A stretch of 64,000 bases of DNA. Origin: the human T2T-CHM13v2.0 reference genome, Homo sapiens. Shown here piece after piece: positions 40,168-52,800 of the stretch. A program made the position numbers and the translations under genes. The notes beneath the pieces are model-generated. The model saw nothing but the letters and a program-made list of their open reading frames with translations, was not told the origin of the DNA and searched no databases. The stretch lies in NCBI RefSeq assembly GCF_009914755.1, contig NC_060936.1. One strand, written 5' to 3'. The first letter of the stretch is position 1. Every line of letters begins with the position of its first letter.

Positions 40168-40889
40168 ACAAATTTACTTGAAATTTTCTTAAATTAAGAA
40201 CCACACACATGGTATTCTTGTATACTATATTAACTTGCAACTTATTGGTCAAGTTTCTTCTCTAGCATGGGAACAGGTTGCCATTTCTTTAACTGAACAT
40301 TGAAATAAAGTAGGCTTGTGTGTAAGACCAGCTAATACGGAAAAAAAAACATTAATGTCATCTAACTCCACTTGAAGTGCTATGCTTCTGAAAAACAAAA
40401 GCATTCAGAGAAAGAAGGGACTGGTATAGGTAGTAGTTGGTGGAAATGCAAGAGTTAGAACTAAAAGTGAACCTTGAAGGGTTGGTGTTTGGGGAAGGCC
40501 ATGGTCTTGGGCAGGAGACTTTATGCTTGGGGAAGTTCTGGTTGGAGAGTCCAGGATCCAAGGTCTAGGTTTAGGACAGAACCACTAGTTCATGGCAATC
40601 CCAGGGAATCAAGGAAATGTCTAAGAGAGGCCCAAGTACTGAGAAAAATGCATTAAGGCTTTTGGCATCACATTATTTTATTTAAATCATGTTTACCAAG
40701 ATTTTAATATCCCTCCTTTGTGAACTTTTACATTTCGGAACTCTATATGACTGTTGCTTTGCTTTTAACCAATGAGGAGCTGTTTATTTATGTCATTTTT
40801 TTCATATTCTATTGTGTTGAATAAATGCAATGTATGCTCTTTAGAGAATTTGAAAAATATAGAAAAAAGTTTTTACAAACCTTTATCCC

Positions 40890-41264
40890 TGATATGGTTT
40901 GGCTGTGTCCCCACCCAAATCTCATCTTGATTGTAGCTCCCATAATCCCCACATGTCATGGGCGGGACCCCGCAGGAGGTAATTGATCATGGGGTGGGGA
41001 TTTTCCCATGCTATTCTCATGATAGTTAGTAAGTCTCACGAGATCTGATGGTTTTATAAAGGGCATTTCCCAACACACATGCTCTTGGCTGCCACCATTA
41101 TATTTCTTTATTTATATTTATACACTTTATTCCTTCTTCACCTTCCACCATGATTGTGAGGCCTCTCCAGCCATGTGGAACTTGAGTCCCTTATACTTCT
41201 TTTTCTAAATAAATTACCCCATCTTGGGTATTTCTTCATAGCAGTATGAAAATGGATTAATACA
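40890..41264 (+). mobile_element. THE1D-like solo LTR
   Basis: TGatatggtttggctgtgtccccacccaaatctc…gtatttcttcatagcagtatgaaaatggattaataCA; imperfect TSD atccc / atacc. Confidence 0.92.
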
Positions 41265-41649
41265 ATACCCATTTCTCAGATTTACTTTTTAGTATATTAG
41301 TATATGTATGTCCAGTTTTAATATATGTGAAGATAAACAATTGATACAGATCTTATTGTTACTTTGTAACAAATGATGTAACAAATGTGACAAATCGTTA
41401 CTTTATAATGAAATGATATTTCTTAAATATTTTTCTATGTCCACATATATTTTGATGAACTTAATTTTTAATGATTGAAGTTATAAATCATAATTTGACT
41501 ATTTTAATACATTTCTAATATTTAGCATTTCTGTTATATGTAACTTTTTTTGCAGTTTTTATAATGTCTTAGCAAAGGACTTTACTATTTCTTTTCCTAG
41601 ATGATTTGCTTGTCTAAATATTTCCCCTAAGGAAAAGAAATAGTATTTT

Positions 41650-41667
41650 TATATATATACATGATTT

Positions 41668-41707
<40 letters not shown>

Positions 41708-41729
41708 GATTTGCTTATCTAAATACATA

Positions 41730-41762
<33 letters not shown>

Positions 41763-41768
41763 GTATAT
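41650..41768. repeat. (TA)n/(TG)n compound microsatellite
   Basis: Directly visible. Confidence 0.9.
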
Positions 41769-41865
41769 AACAGCATATGCATTATGTGAAATTTCTAGAT
41801 ATATTGTGTCAATTTGTTTTTTCAAGAACAATATGTAAGAATGTGCATTTCTCCATAACCTAGCC

Positions 41866-42172
41866 CAGGGGTCCCCAACCCCTGGGCCATGGACTGGTAC
41901 CGGTCTGTGGCCTGTTTAGGAACCAGATTGCACAACCAGAGGTGAGCAGCAGGCTAGTGAGTTCTAGCTCCTGTCAGATCAGCAGTGGCATTAGATTGTC
42001 ATAGGAGAATGAATCCTATTGTGAACTGCGATGTGAGGGATCTAGGCTGTGCACTCTTTATGAGAATTTAAGGCAGAACAGTTTCTTCTCAAACCCCCAC
42101 CCACCCTAGTCTGTGAAAAAATTGTCTTCAGTGAAACTGGTCCCTGGTGCCAAAAAAAGTTGGGGACTGCTG
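41866..42172 (+). mobile_element. MER1B (hAT-Charlie)
   Basis: TIRs caggggtccccaac / gttggggactgctg; perfect 8-bp TSD acctagcc (41858-41865 / 42173-42180). Confidence 0.93.
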
Positions 42173-42203
42173 ACCTAGCCAACACTAGGTGTTGGTATTC
42201 TTT

Positions 42204-42505
42204 CTATTTATTTTTATTTATTTGTTTATTTTGAGATGAGTCTCACTGTGTTGCCCAGGTTGGAGTGCAGTGCTGCAATCACGGATCACTGCAGCATCAA
42301 CCTTGCAGGCTCAAGCAATCCTCCAGCCTCAGCCTCCCAAGTAGCCAGGACTATAGGCACACACCACCATCCTCAGCTAATTTTTTTTAAATTTTTTATA
42401 GAGATGTGTTGCCCAGGCTGGCTTGAACTTCTGGGCTCAAGCAGTCCTTCCTGCCTCAGCCTCTCAAAGTACTGGGATTACAGGCATGATTCAGTATGCT
42501 CAGCC
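42204..42505 (-). mobile_element. AluJ
   Basis: ggctcaagcaatcctcc and ctgggctcaagcagtcc J-type motifs; TSD ggtattcttt / agcattcttt. Confidence 0.9.
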
Positions 42506-43229
42506 AGCATTCTTTTTAATCTTTGCAAATGAGATTCATAGATTTAAAAAAAATCTAAACTTACTTGCATTGCTTTATTACTAGTAAACAATTTCTTGTG
42601 GTTAGTAAAAAAAAAAATCTAATTTCACTCTATATTGTCTTATTAGTGAATGTGTGTAAAGTGTAAGAACAGCTCAGAATGGGTTTATATATTTTAATTA
42701 CCACTAGGGAGCTTTTGTGGACCAAATTTCACAGGTCTGTGATGCACTAGATTACCATCTTTCAAATGAGGTTAATAATACCATCCTTACTATGTTATTA
42801 TAATGAATCAATGAATTAAGCATCAGAGACACCTGGATCAATAAAATATTATTTTATTCTGTATTTTTTTTATAGATTTGTTACTCTGAAGTTTACATCT
42901 TTCATGAAACGTGTACAGAAGTATACATTAGAGGAAATGAAATAAAGTGGCACAACTAATCTATATTTCATTGTAGGAAGAATGCATTTATTTGAGCTTA
43001 TGAGTACAAACCAATTAACAAGATTAAAGTTTTGTGTGGCAAGACATTAACTGCTATGAGTAGAAGCCAAATGGAGGTCTTTCTGAACATTTACTTGCTT
43101 TTATGCAAAAGAAAATATTTTAAAAATATTTTTATTAGAAAATATTTTTGAGAAAGTCCTTTACCTTCAAACTTCCAGCAAGTTATAAATGTTTAAATTG
43201 TTATTCTAGAATACCTCATATATGGTGTC

Positions 43230-43590
43230 CTCAGGGCCTTTGCACTTATTGTTTTTCTACCTAACATTCCTTATTCCTAGGTATCCACAAGGGTCATCCC
43301 TGTATATTATACTGCTTTCTGTCTAATGACAACTCTTCAAAAAGGTCTTCTCTTACCACACTTCTCAAAAGAGCACCTCCTCACTTCTTACTCATTATCT
43401 TGCTTCAATGTTCTTTATTGTATTTAATGCTTTATAATTATCAATTAATTTATCAATTAGAATATTAGTTCCGTGAGAACAAGGACTTTGTTTCATTCAC
43501 TACTGTGTTCTCGGTTCCTGAAATACTGCCTGGCATATAGAACACAAACAATAAATATTTGTTAAATTAATGAATTTATGAATGTATGAA
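43230..43590 (+). mobile_element. L2a-like 3' end
   Basis: ctcagggcctttgcactt…ttccgtgagaacaaggactttg…tgcctggcatatag…aataaatatttgttaaattaatgaa. Confidence 0.85.
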
Positions 43591-45569
43591 TACATTGAGT
43601 CAAGTAATGAGGAAAACAATTATAATTTGATTATCTAAAGAGATAGCATTTTTATTGTATTCCTGCTCATATGATTTATATATTTAATTGACTGTATTTA
43701 GCCTATGTGTAAATAGAATGCTAGGTTATACATTTCAAATATATTAACAATAATTAGTCTCTAATGTGCTTTTATGTCTCCACTCGTGTTCTTGTTTAAA
43801 TATGTAATTAATAAGTAGTCTATACTTTCTATTCATGTGTTCATCTATCAATAGGCAATACTTAAGAGGATCCATAATCATTTCTTCCTTGCTCTTGTAG
43901 TCTCCTGAAGAAAAATACAGCATTTTCAGGGAGTAACTTTGTGGCTCAGGTCCTCAGCCCTTTTCCAAGGCATAGGATAGATAGAATGACACTGAAATTT
44001 GTTATTGTTCTTATTTCCATCTAAATACCAAAATAATTAATGTAAATATGAAAATAAAGTTGAAAATATAATTAATTTATGCTTCTCTCAGTATTTTATA
44101 GCCATGATTTTATGTATTACATCATTATATTGTATCATAAATGATTTTATAGTCGATCGTTTTGGATATGAAATTTACACCTGATCACCAAAGTTGAAGT
44201 GAACATTCCCTCCATATTTGATGATTATATGAACTGGGCATTCATTGTCTTCCCACTTCTCCAATACTGAAAAGATGAGAGAAAGCTAATGTGCAATAAG
44301 ACTTCTATATAGCTCTAACTTTTGACAGAGTTTAATGCACTCAAGGCACTTGAGCAGGAATATAGGAAGTAGGAGGAACAAGGATAATAATTTGAGATTG
44401 TTCATTAAATAGATGAAGAGGCTGTTTCTTCACGAATCAGTTCTTTTTGCTAGTTTCCTAACTGATTTAAAAATAGTTTATCATGGTAGTCAATACTGCA
44501 TACACATGTGCATTTAATTTAGTTGACAGGACTCTGTCACTAAGTATGATGAATTGTATTTGTAACATCATTTAGATGTAAAGAGGAAGGTGCTTTTGCA
44601 ATTAGTGGAATCTATAGACAGTAGAAAAACCAAACCCCTATATTTTGAAACAAATGCTTCATTCATATTTCCTATGATAAAGTATAAGAAATATTGATGA
44701 TGTACAAGCCACTTTTTGAGTCTTTCAGTTTACTGTGAAAGTTAAATTTGCTAATCAAGCCCAGTCAAGGCTTTTTATTAGGATTTAGGATTAAAATTTG
44801 GCTTAAGATTGGGCTGCTTACTTTAAATTTTTTTCTGCTTTTTATGTTTCTAATGAAAAGTTATTTTTCCTCCCTCAGCTCTCTGTCAAAATGAGTGTGA
44901 ATTATCGGTATATATTTGAAAGTTATGAGACTGGACACCTTTGTGCTGTTAATTACAGTACTTAAGAATTGTCTTAATTTTAAGTGTAAGAATCATACCA
45001 CAAAACATTGTATATGTTCCTTAAACATTTACATCCCTTAAAGCTATGCAGAAAATTCACTAACAATTCTTAGGTAATATTTTAAAGTTACTTATTGTAA
45101 AAATCTTGATTTGCTACATTTTAAGTTTTACAAGAAATGTCAAAATACATTAGGCTGTAAAAAGTTCAAAAATTCCATAAAAACAAAAAAAGAGAATATT
45201 TCCCATTTGTTTCTTCCCTATCTTGCTGATTCCATCTCTACATTGGTGTAATCTGAGATTTTAGTCCCAGTTATTTTATTATTAAAATAATAGAAGTTTT
45301 AAATTAATAATTTCAATGGGCTTTGCTTACCAGTATTTCTTTCAACTATTTTAATAGATTTATTTTTAAAATCTAAGATCAATTCTTTACCAATTATTTC
45401 TAGTATGCTTTTCTGTCAGTATATTTTGAGACCTTTCATGTCAAAAATTCATTTTATATTGCATTTATAGGTAACAAATAGCTTGACTGGATATAAAAAA
45501 GTAGGTTTATAGATATTTTTCTCAGAGCTTTGTTGGCAACACTTCTGGAGCAAAAAAGTGGACTATCTA

Positions 45570-46680
45570 AATAGAAGCAAGAAACTGGCTGGTGTCAAGT
45601 TTCCCATTAGGAAATAAATAAATGGGGATAATAGACCAATCCCCCATGCATAAGAATTCCAAATAAGTGATGAAAATTCTCCACCTGAAGGAGGGGAGCA
45701 TAATAACTCCCTACTCCTTAAGTGTGGGCTATACATAGAGACTGTCTTCCGAAGCGTGCAGTATCATATTGGAAGTGACTGTGGTGTGGGGGTGGGAAGG
45801 AGGAGGGAGAGGCGAAAAATAACTTTACAGTGGAGAAACTTGACAAACACTGTGCCAGCCAGGTAAACAAGATCAATATCATCATTTGGATAGTATTTAC
45901 CTCTAATATGATGTGAGGAAAGACACTTTATCTCTGGTCTTTTTCCCAAAAGCTTATAACCCCAGTAAAATCATGAGAAAAGTATGAGGCAAATTCCAAT
46001 AAATGAGCATTCTACAAAATATCTAACCAATGCTCCCCAAAGCTGTCAAGGTCATCAAAAACAAGGGGAGTCTAAGAAACTGGTAGGAAAAAGAGCCTAA
46101 GGGGATATGCCAACTAAATGTAATGTGGTACCTGAATGAGAACATGGGAAGAGAAAGGACATGAGGTAAAAATCTCAGGAAATCTGAATGAGATACGGAA
46201 TTAGTTAGTAATTTTGTTTTTGTTTTGTTTTGTTTTTTTGAGATGGTGTCTTGCTCTGTTGCCCAGGCTGGAGTGCACTGGCAGATCTCAGTTCACTGCA
46301 ACCTCCACCTCCCTGGTTCAAGCAATTTTACAGCCTCAGCCTCCCAAGTAGCTAGGATTACAGGCATGTGCCACCATGCCTGGCTAATTTTGGGGGTATT
46401 TTTAGTAGAGACAGGGTTTCACCATGTTGGTCAGGCTTGTTTCAAACTCCTGACCTCAACTGATCTGCCCATCTCGGCCTCCCAAAGTGCTGGGGTTACA
46501 GGCGTGAACCACCACACCCAGCCAGTAATGTATTAACATCAGTATTAACTATAATATACACACCATAGTTACATAAGATAGATATGTAATAATAGAAGAC
46601 ACTGGGTACTGAGCATATGGAAACTGTATTATCTTCTCAATCTTTTGTAATGCTTAAACTTCTAAAAAAAAAAAAAACAA
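45570..46680 (+). mobile_element. L1MC (L1MC3/4-like) 3'UTR interrupted by an Alu
   Basis: actccttaagtgtgggct…aactttacagtggagaaacttgacaaacac…ctgtcaaggtcatcaaaaacaagg…caactaaatgtaatgtggta. Confidence 0.85.
46213..46523 (-). mobile_element. Alu (AluSx/Sz)
   Basis: (TTTTG)n tail, full dimer, short TSD agtaat. Confidence 0.93.
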
Positions 46681-47381
46681 GGTCTTTTTTTAAAGAAAGT
46701 TAATGTGATCTGATTGTGAAGTCTCTGGTGCCAGGTGAGCTTAGACATGTTGATTACATTTGCTCCATTTTAATTCTATCATTTTTTTTTTTAGCGTTCC
46801 CATCGTATTTACTCTTTCCTCTTGAAATAGTCTTTGGCAGTGAAATTTGGACTTGAATTATTTTCTCAGAATAGCTGAAATAAACTAATCTTCGTACCAA
46901 CCTCATTACATTCCAGTAAGATGTTTATAGGAAGGAGAACCAAATTTGCAAATTTTTAGTTCCCAGTTGAGCATATTTGTGTCTGCTGCCTATACACACT
47001 TTGTCCCAGATGGTCATTTCTTTATTTTTACTGACCCTTGCAGAGGAGAAGCAGCTCTAAATATAGGGAACCCACAGTGGAGGTTTGTAGCCCTATGCCA
47101 CCAAATACAGCTGCTGCTGCAAGAACTATTTATGAGTAAGGGAGAGTTGCGAACCCGCTTGGATAGCTACCCTGCAAATTTCCCAGGCTCAAAAATGTCT
47201 CCTGTACATCTGCATTGAACCATGCGATTTTAGAGCAGCAAGTTGTTTAGTAGATATATAAATAAACTCTTTACACACTACAAGATTTATGTCCACAGAA
47301 TTTATATTAAATGGGAATTAAAATATTTGATCAACAGGGCTATATAGGCTGAATTATATCATGCATATGAAAATTATTTCA

Positions 47382-47698
47382 GGCTGGGTGCAGTGCTCAC
47401 ACCTGTATTCCTAAGACTTTGGGAGGTCCAGGCAGGTGGATCACTTGAGCGCAGGAGTTCGAGACCAGCCTGGCACATGGCCAACTTGGAGAAATCCTGT
47501 CTCTACTAAAAATATAAAAATTAGCTGGGTGTGGTGGTGGACACCTATAATCCCAGCTACTCAGGAGGCTGAGGCAAGAGAATTGCTTGAACCTGGGGCG
47601 GGGAGGTGGAGGTTGCAGTGAGCCAAGATCGAGCCACTTCACTATAGCCTTGGCGAAAGAGCGAAGTGAAACTCCATCTCAAAAAAAAAAAAAAAAAA
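47382..47698 (+). mobile_element. Alu (AluSz/Jb-like)
   Basis: Full dimer; TSD aaattatttca on both sides. Confidence 0.92.
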
Positions 47699-47859
47699 GG
47701 AAATTATTTCACAGCTATAAAACTATCTACAAGTACTATTTGTTGTTATTAGAGTTCACTACCACCAAATTAATCTATTTTAATGTTGGCTAGCTATAAC
47801 TTTTCAAAAAGTGTTATCTCATGTTAAGCCAAAGTCATGTTTTCTATAATTTTGTAGTA

Positions 47860-48070
47860 CACAGCAGGTGATAATGAAGTCCTAGAGATGTGCGTTCAAA
47901 TGCTTGTGCTTCCAGGACATTGGTTAAATGACTTAAATTCTCTACTCTCATTTTCCTTATTCATGCATAATCCTGATAATCCCTGCCTTACAGGAATGTT
48001 GTTAGTGTGATCATATCTGTAAAAATGTACCTGGCTTCAGTGTTTAATAATTGGCAGTAGTGATGATTAA
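47860..48070 (+). mobile_element. MIR fragment
   Basis: gttcaaat…ttggttaaatgacttaaattctctactctcattttcctta. Confidence 0.55.
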
Positions 48071-48582
48071 TGAGTTTACCTTTCATGCTTCAACAATAGG
48101 TGACAATGAATAGGGGCCCAAGCCTTCTCAGCTTCCAAATGGCATGTGATAAAAATATATCTGAACCTCCATTTTCAAGTAATAAAGAAGTCATGAGTCG
48201 CACAATTCTGTTTCTCTTATTTTATTTTTCATTTGGGGAAGATACCAGCAGGAAGCCTGAGGAAGAAAACCTTTCTTTGGCAAATAGCTGTCTTTTAGTG
48301 AAATCACATCATATAAAATGTGATTTTCAGGAAAATGGACAATTTTGTTAGCATACAGTAACTTCATAGAGGCTCTATTTGGGGTAGAAGATGGATAAAA
48401 CCTGCAAGTAAGCAGAAATCCTTTGAACTACTCCATCCAGAGCCTCAATGTTGTATTGCTCAGACTAATCACTGGACGCCATCAGGAGATAATGAAAAGT
48501 GAGTGACGCCTTCTGGAGTTATGTGGTTCATTGATGCTGTTTCCACCTACTCTGCCAATTATGACCAGAGATATTATAATTG

Positions 48583-48928
48583 CAGTAAGGTACTGCACAG
48601 TGATATTTCCATCAAAGATATGCCGCATATATGATTGTGGTACCATAAGATTATAATACTGTACTTTATTTTTATTGTGTCTTTTCTACGTTCAGATATG
48701 TTTGGATACACAAAGCTTCCCATGTATAACAATTGCCTATGCTATTTAGTCACATGCTTTACAGGTTTCTAACATAAGAACGATAGCACATGTCACAGAG
48801 CCTCGGTGTGTAGTGGGCTGTTCCATCTAGATTTGTGTAACTACACTCTATGATGTTCACAAAATGATGAAATCACCTAAGAAGGCGTTTCTTAGAACAT
48901 AGCCCCATCATGAAGTGACACATTGCTT
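48583..48928. mobile_element. Tigger3a (Golem/MER7A-type)
   Basis: gtggtaccataagattataatactgta…ccatctagatttgtgtaactacactctatgatgttcacaaaatgatgaaatcacctaa. Confidence 0.85.
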
Positions 48929-48942
48929 TATCTTTATATTTC

Positions 48943-49076
48943 ATTTATTTATTTATTTTTGAATTGAGGTCTTGCTATTGCTACATTGCCCAGGCTAGAA
49001 GGCACAGCTATTCACAAGAACCATCATAGTGCATTACAGCCTCAAACTCCTCAGTCTCCTGAGTAGCTAGCCCAGC
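48943..49076 (-). mobile_element. FAM (fossil Alu monomer) with internal deletions
   Basis: gcccaggct…gctattcacaag…atcatagtgcattacagcctcaaactcct keeps the 7SL-derived GCTATTCACAGG segment that dimeric Alus lack. Confidence 0.75.
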
Positions 49077-49495
49077 ATGACTGTGTCTGTAAGGCAGAAT
49101 GCCTAGATATGTGTACTTTCTTCTTTCCTGTCACCTTTCCTTTACTTAGTGGATCTCAAACTTGAGTGTGCATGATATAAGAATTTATTATGGATATAAC
49201 ACTTTTTAGTGGAATTTTTACTGTAATGTCTTAGACCTTAGGAACTGTTTTAAGATTGGTCTGTCTCTCTAGCCCACTCTAATACTTGGCTTTCTGTATT
49301 TAGAGGTGAAATCCTAGGTCACTATAGTGTTTGCAAATGGCCAGTAGCTCAGCTGAACTTTTCCTTGAACTGTATATCAGGATCAGATTTGATAATCTCT
49401 CAGCATTCATAGAAAATAACAGTCAACCTTTTACAGCTTTCCCACTGTGTCACCAAAATTATTTTAAATTATACTTGGTTAAAAAGCTATTCTTC

Positions 49496-51600
49496 TTGAA
49501 AACTGGAACAAGACAAGGATGCCCACTCTCACCATTCCTATTCAGCATATTATTGGAAGTCCTAGTCAGAGCAATTAGTGAACAGAAAGAAATAACAGGC
49601 ATTCAAATAGGAAAATAAGTCAAACTGTCTTTCTTCCCTGACGATAAGATTTTCTACCTAGAAAACCCTAAGACTCTTCCAAAAGACTCCTAGAACTGGT
49701 AAGTGACTTTAGTAAAGTTCAGGATAGAAAGTCAATGTACAAAAATCAGTAGCATTTCTATACACCAATAGCATCCAGGTAGAGAGTCAAATCAAGCACA
49801 CAATGCCACTTACAATAGCTGTAAAGAAAATGAAATACCTAAGAATACAGCTAACCAAGGTGGTGAACGACTTCTACAAGGATAACTACAAAACACTGCT
49901 GAAAGAAATCAGAGATGACACAAATAATTGGGAAAAGATTCCATGCTCATGGATTGGAAGAATCAATAATGTTAAGCTGGCCATACTGCCCAAAGCATTT
50001 TAAAGATGCAATGCTATTCCTATCAGACTACGAATGGAATTTTTCATAGAATTAGAAAACAAACTATTCTAAAATTCACATGGAACAAAAAAGTGTCCGG
50101 ACAGCCAAAGCGATCTCACACGAAAAGAACAAAGCAGAAGGCATCACACTACATGACTTCAAACTACACTCTATGGATACAGTAACCAAAACAGCATGAT
50201 ACTGGTACAATACCAGTTGACAAATAGAGCAATGCAACATAATAGAAAACTCAGAAATAATACTGCATACCTACAACCATGTGATTATCCACAAGGCTGA
50301 CAAAAACAAGCAGTGGGGAAAGGACTCTCTATTTCAATAAATGGTGCTGGGGTAACTGGCTAGCCATATGCAGAAGAATGAAACAGGACCTTTACCTTTC
50401 ACCATATACAAAAATTAACTCAAAATGGATTAACGACTTAAATGTAAGGCCTTAAACTATACAAACCCTACAAGAAAACCTAGGAAATACCCTTCCTGAC
50501 ATCAGGCTTTATAAGAATTTCTGGCTAAGTCCCCAAAAGCAATCGCAATAAAAACAAAAATTGACAAGTTGGACCTAATTAAACTAAAGACCTTCTGCAC
50601 ATTGAAAGAAACTATCAACAGAGTAAACAGACAACCTTAGAGCATAGGAGAAAATATTCACAAACTATGTATTCAATGAAGGTCTAATATTTAAAATCTA
50701 TAAGGAATTTAAACAATTCAACAAACAAAAACAAGTAACTCTATTAAAAATGAGCAAAGGATGTGAACAGATACTTCTCAAAATAAGACATACACTCAAC
50801 CAATGAACATATGAAAAAATGCTCATCATTGCTCATCATCAGAGAAATGCAAATCAAAAACCCTATGAGACACCCTTTCACATCAGTCAGAATGGCTATT
50901 ATTAAAAAGTCAAAAAACCACAGGTGCTAGGCTAGTGAGGCAGCAGAGAAAAGGAAATGCTTATACACTGTTGGTAGGAATGTAAATTAGGTCAGCCTCT
51001 GTGGAAAGCAGTTTGGAGATTTCTCAAAGAACTTAAAACAGAGCAACCATTTTGACCCAGCAATTCTATTGCTTGTTATACACTCAAAGGAAAATAAATT
51101 ATTCTACCAAAAAGACACATGCACTCATAAGTTCATCCCCATGCTGTTCACAATAGGAAAGACATAGAGGGAACCTAAGAACACAGAATGTCCATAAACA
51201 GTGGATTGGTTAAAGAAAGTACAAATATACACTGTGGAATACTATGCTGCTATAAAAAGAACAAAATCATGTCCTTTGCAGCAACATGTATGCAACTGAA
51301 GGCCATTATCCCAAGCAAATTAACACAAGAATGGAAAAGCAAATACCGCATGTTCTCTCTAACTGAGAGCTAAACATTGAGCACACATGGAGATAACCAT
51401 GGGAACAATAGACCCTGCTAGACTACTAGATAGGTTAGACAAAGAGGAGGGCAAGGGCTGAAAAACCACACATTGGGTACTATGCTCACTACATGAGTGA
51501 TGGGTCCATACACAAACCTCAGCATTATGGAATATACACATGTAACAAACCTGCACATGTACTCTCTGTATCTAAAATAAAAGTTGAATTTTTTGAAAAG
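49496..51600 (+). mobile_element. 5'-truncated L1 (L1PA15/16-like), about 2.1 kb, ORF2 disrupted
   Basis: Peptide remnants [15 protein letters not shown] (RT), KYLRIQLTK…[13 protein letters not shown] and IMSFAAT; 3'UTR …aacctgcacatgtactctctgtatctaaaataaaagttgaa; degraded TSD aaaaagctatt / aaaaagccatt. Confidence 0.93.
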
Positions 51601-52151
51601 AAAAAGCCATTTTCTTCTAACGTATTTACTAAATGAGAGAGAGAAAGAGTATGGGAGTGAGAGAGACAGAGTGAGGTGAGAACATGCATACTAACTAGTT
51701 ATTTCATGATAAAGAGAGTTTTTTCCTCTTTTATCTTGAAGATGGTCTTGTTCCATTGGGTTTTTGCTATCACCAGTTGTTACTCTATTGGTTTTTCTGT
51801 TTTTCTTTTATCTTTCAGTTTATCACAGGGAAATTGGAAGTCAGGTGTCCAGATGGAAATCTTTCCTAGAAAAAATGTGATTGTATTTTCCTGACATTAT
51901 TTTATAAACAAGGCATGAAATGAACTGTATTTGGCCACATGAAATATTTGTTTATATTATCCTGTTATAATTTAAAATAAAGCCACCAATAACCTCTTTG
52001 TGAGGTATAGCACCCAACTATAGCTTTGATAGGTGTTTCATTCATTCAAGTAAAGGAAGAAAACCTGGCTCCTAAGTCCTGTTAGTTTATTTAATAACTG
52101 GATGATCTTTAGAACGGTGCCTAGAAGCAGTGTCAATTCTTGAAAAATGGT

Positions 52152-52800
52152 TGTGTTTTAGTTGGGATTCTCCAAAAAGAACCAGTAGAATTGATGGATG
52201 GACGGAGGGAAGGAGGGAGGGAATGATGGATGGTTGGATGGATAGACAGATTAGATGATGATTGATTGACTGACAGATAGATTGATAGATAGAAAAGAGG
52301 GGATATATCCTGGGAATTCTCTCATGCAAATTATGGAGTCTAAATCCCACAGTAGGATGTCTACAAGCTGGAGGCTCAAAGATACTGGTAGTGTGGCTCA
52401 GTCCAAGTCCAAAGGCTCCAGAACCAGGGAAGCTGATGGTGTAGCTTCAGTCTGAAACTAAAGGCCTGAGAATCTGGGGTGCCCTGTTGTAATTCCCTGG
52501 AGCCCAAAAGCTGGAGAACCTGGAGTTCTGGTGCCCAATGGCAGAAAAAGGGTGTCCCAGCTACAGCACAGAGAGAGCAAATTTACCCTTCCTTTGCCTT
52601 TTGTGTTCTCTCATCCAAACAGGATCTCAGCTGTTGGGATGATGTCCACTTACATTGATGGCGGATCTTCCTTATTCAGTCCCTTAATTCAAAAACCAGT
52701 CTCTCCAGAAACATCTTCTCAGACATACCCAGAAAGAATGCTTTTACCAGTTCTCTAGGTATTCCTTAATCCACTCAACTTAACACCTAAAATTCCATCC
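52152..52800 (-). mobile_element. MLT2B-type ERVL LTR with internal (GATG)/(GATA) repeat
   Basis: gtggctcagtccaagtccaaaggctccagaaccagggaagctgatggtgta…ccttaatccactcaacttaacacctaaaatt. Confidence 0.85.

Larger units (their letters stand above)
41780..42600 (-). mobile_element. Degenerate L1M host fragment carrying MER1B and AluJ
   Basis: Removing the two insertions rejoins tgtaagaatgtgcatttctccataacctagccaacactaggt…tctttttaatctttgcaaat, an antisense L1 ORF2 3' motif. Confidence 0.55.

Noticed and set aside
49331-51373. Reverse-transcriptase-like ORFs
   Set aside because: Frameshifted, stop-riddled L1 ORF2 remnant; not a functional RT or a novel retroelement system.
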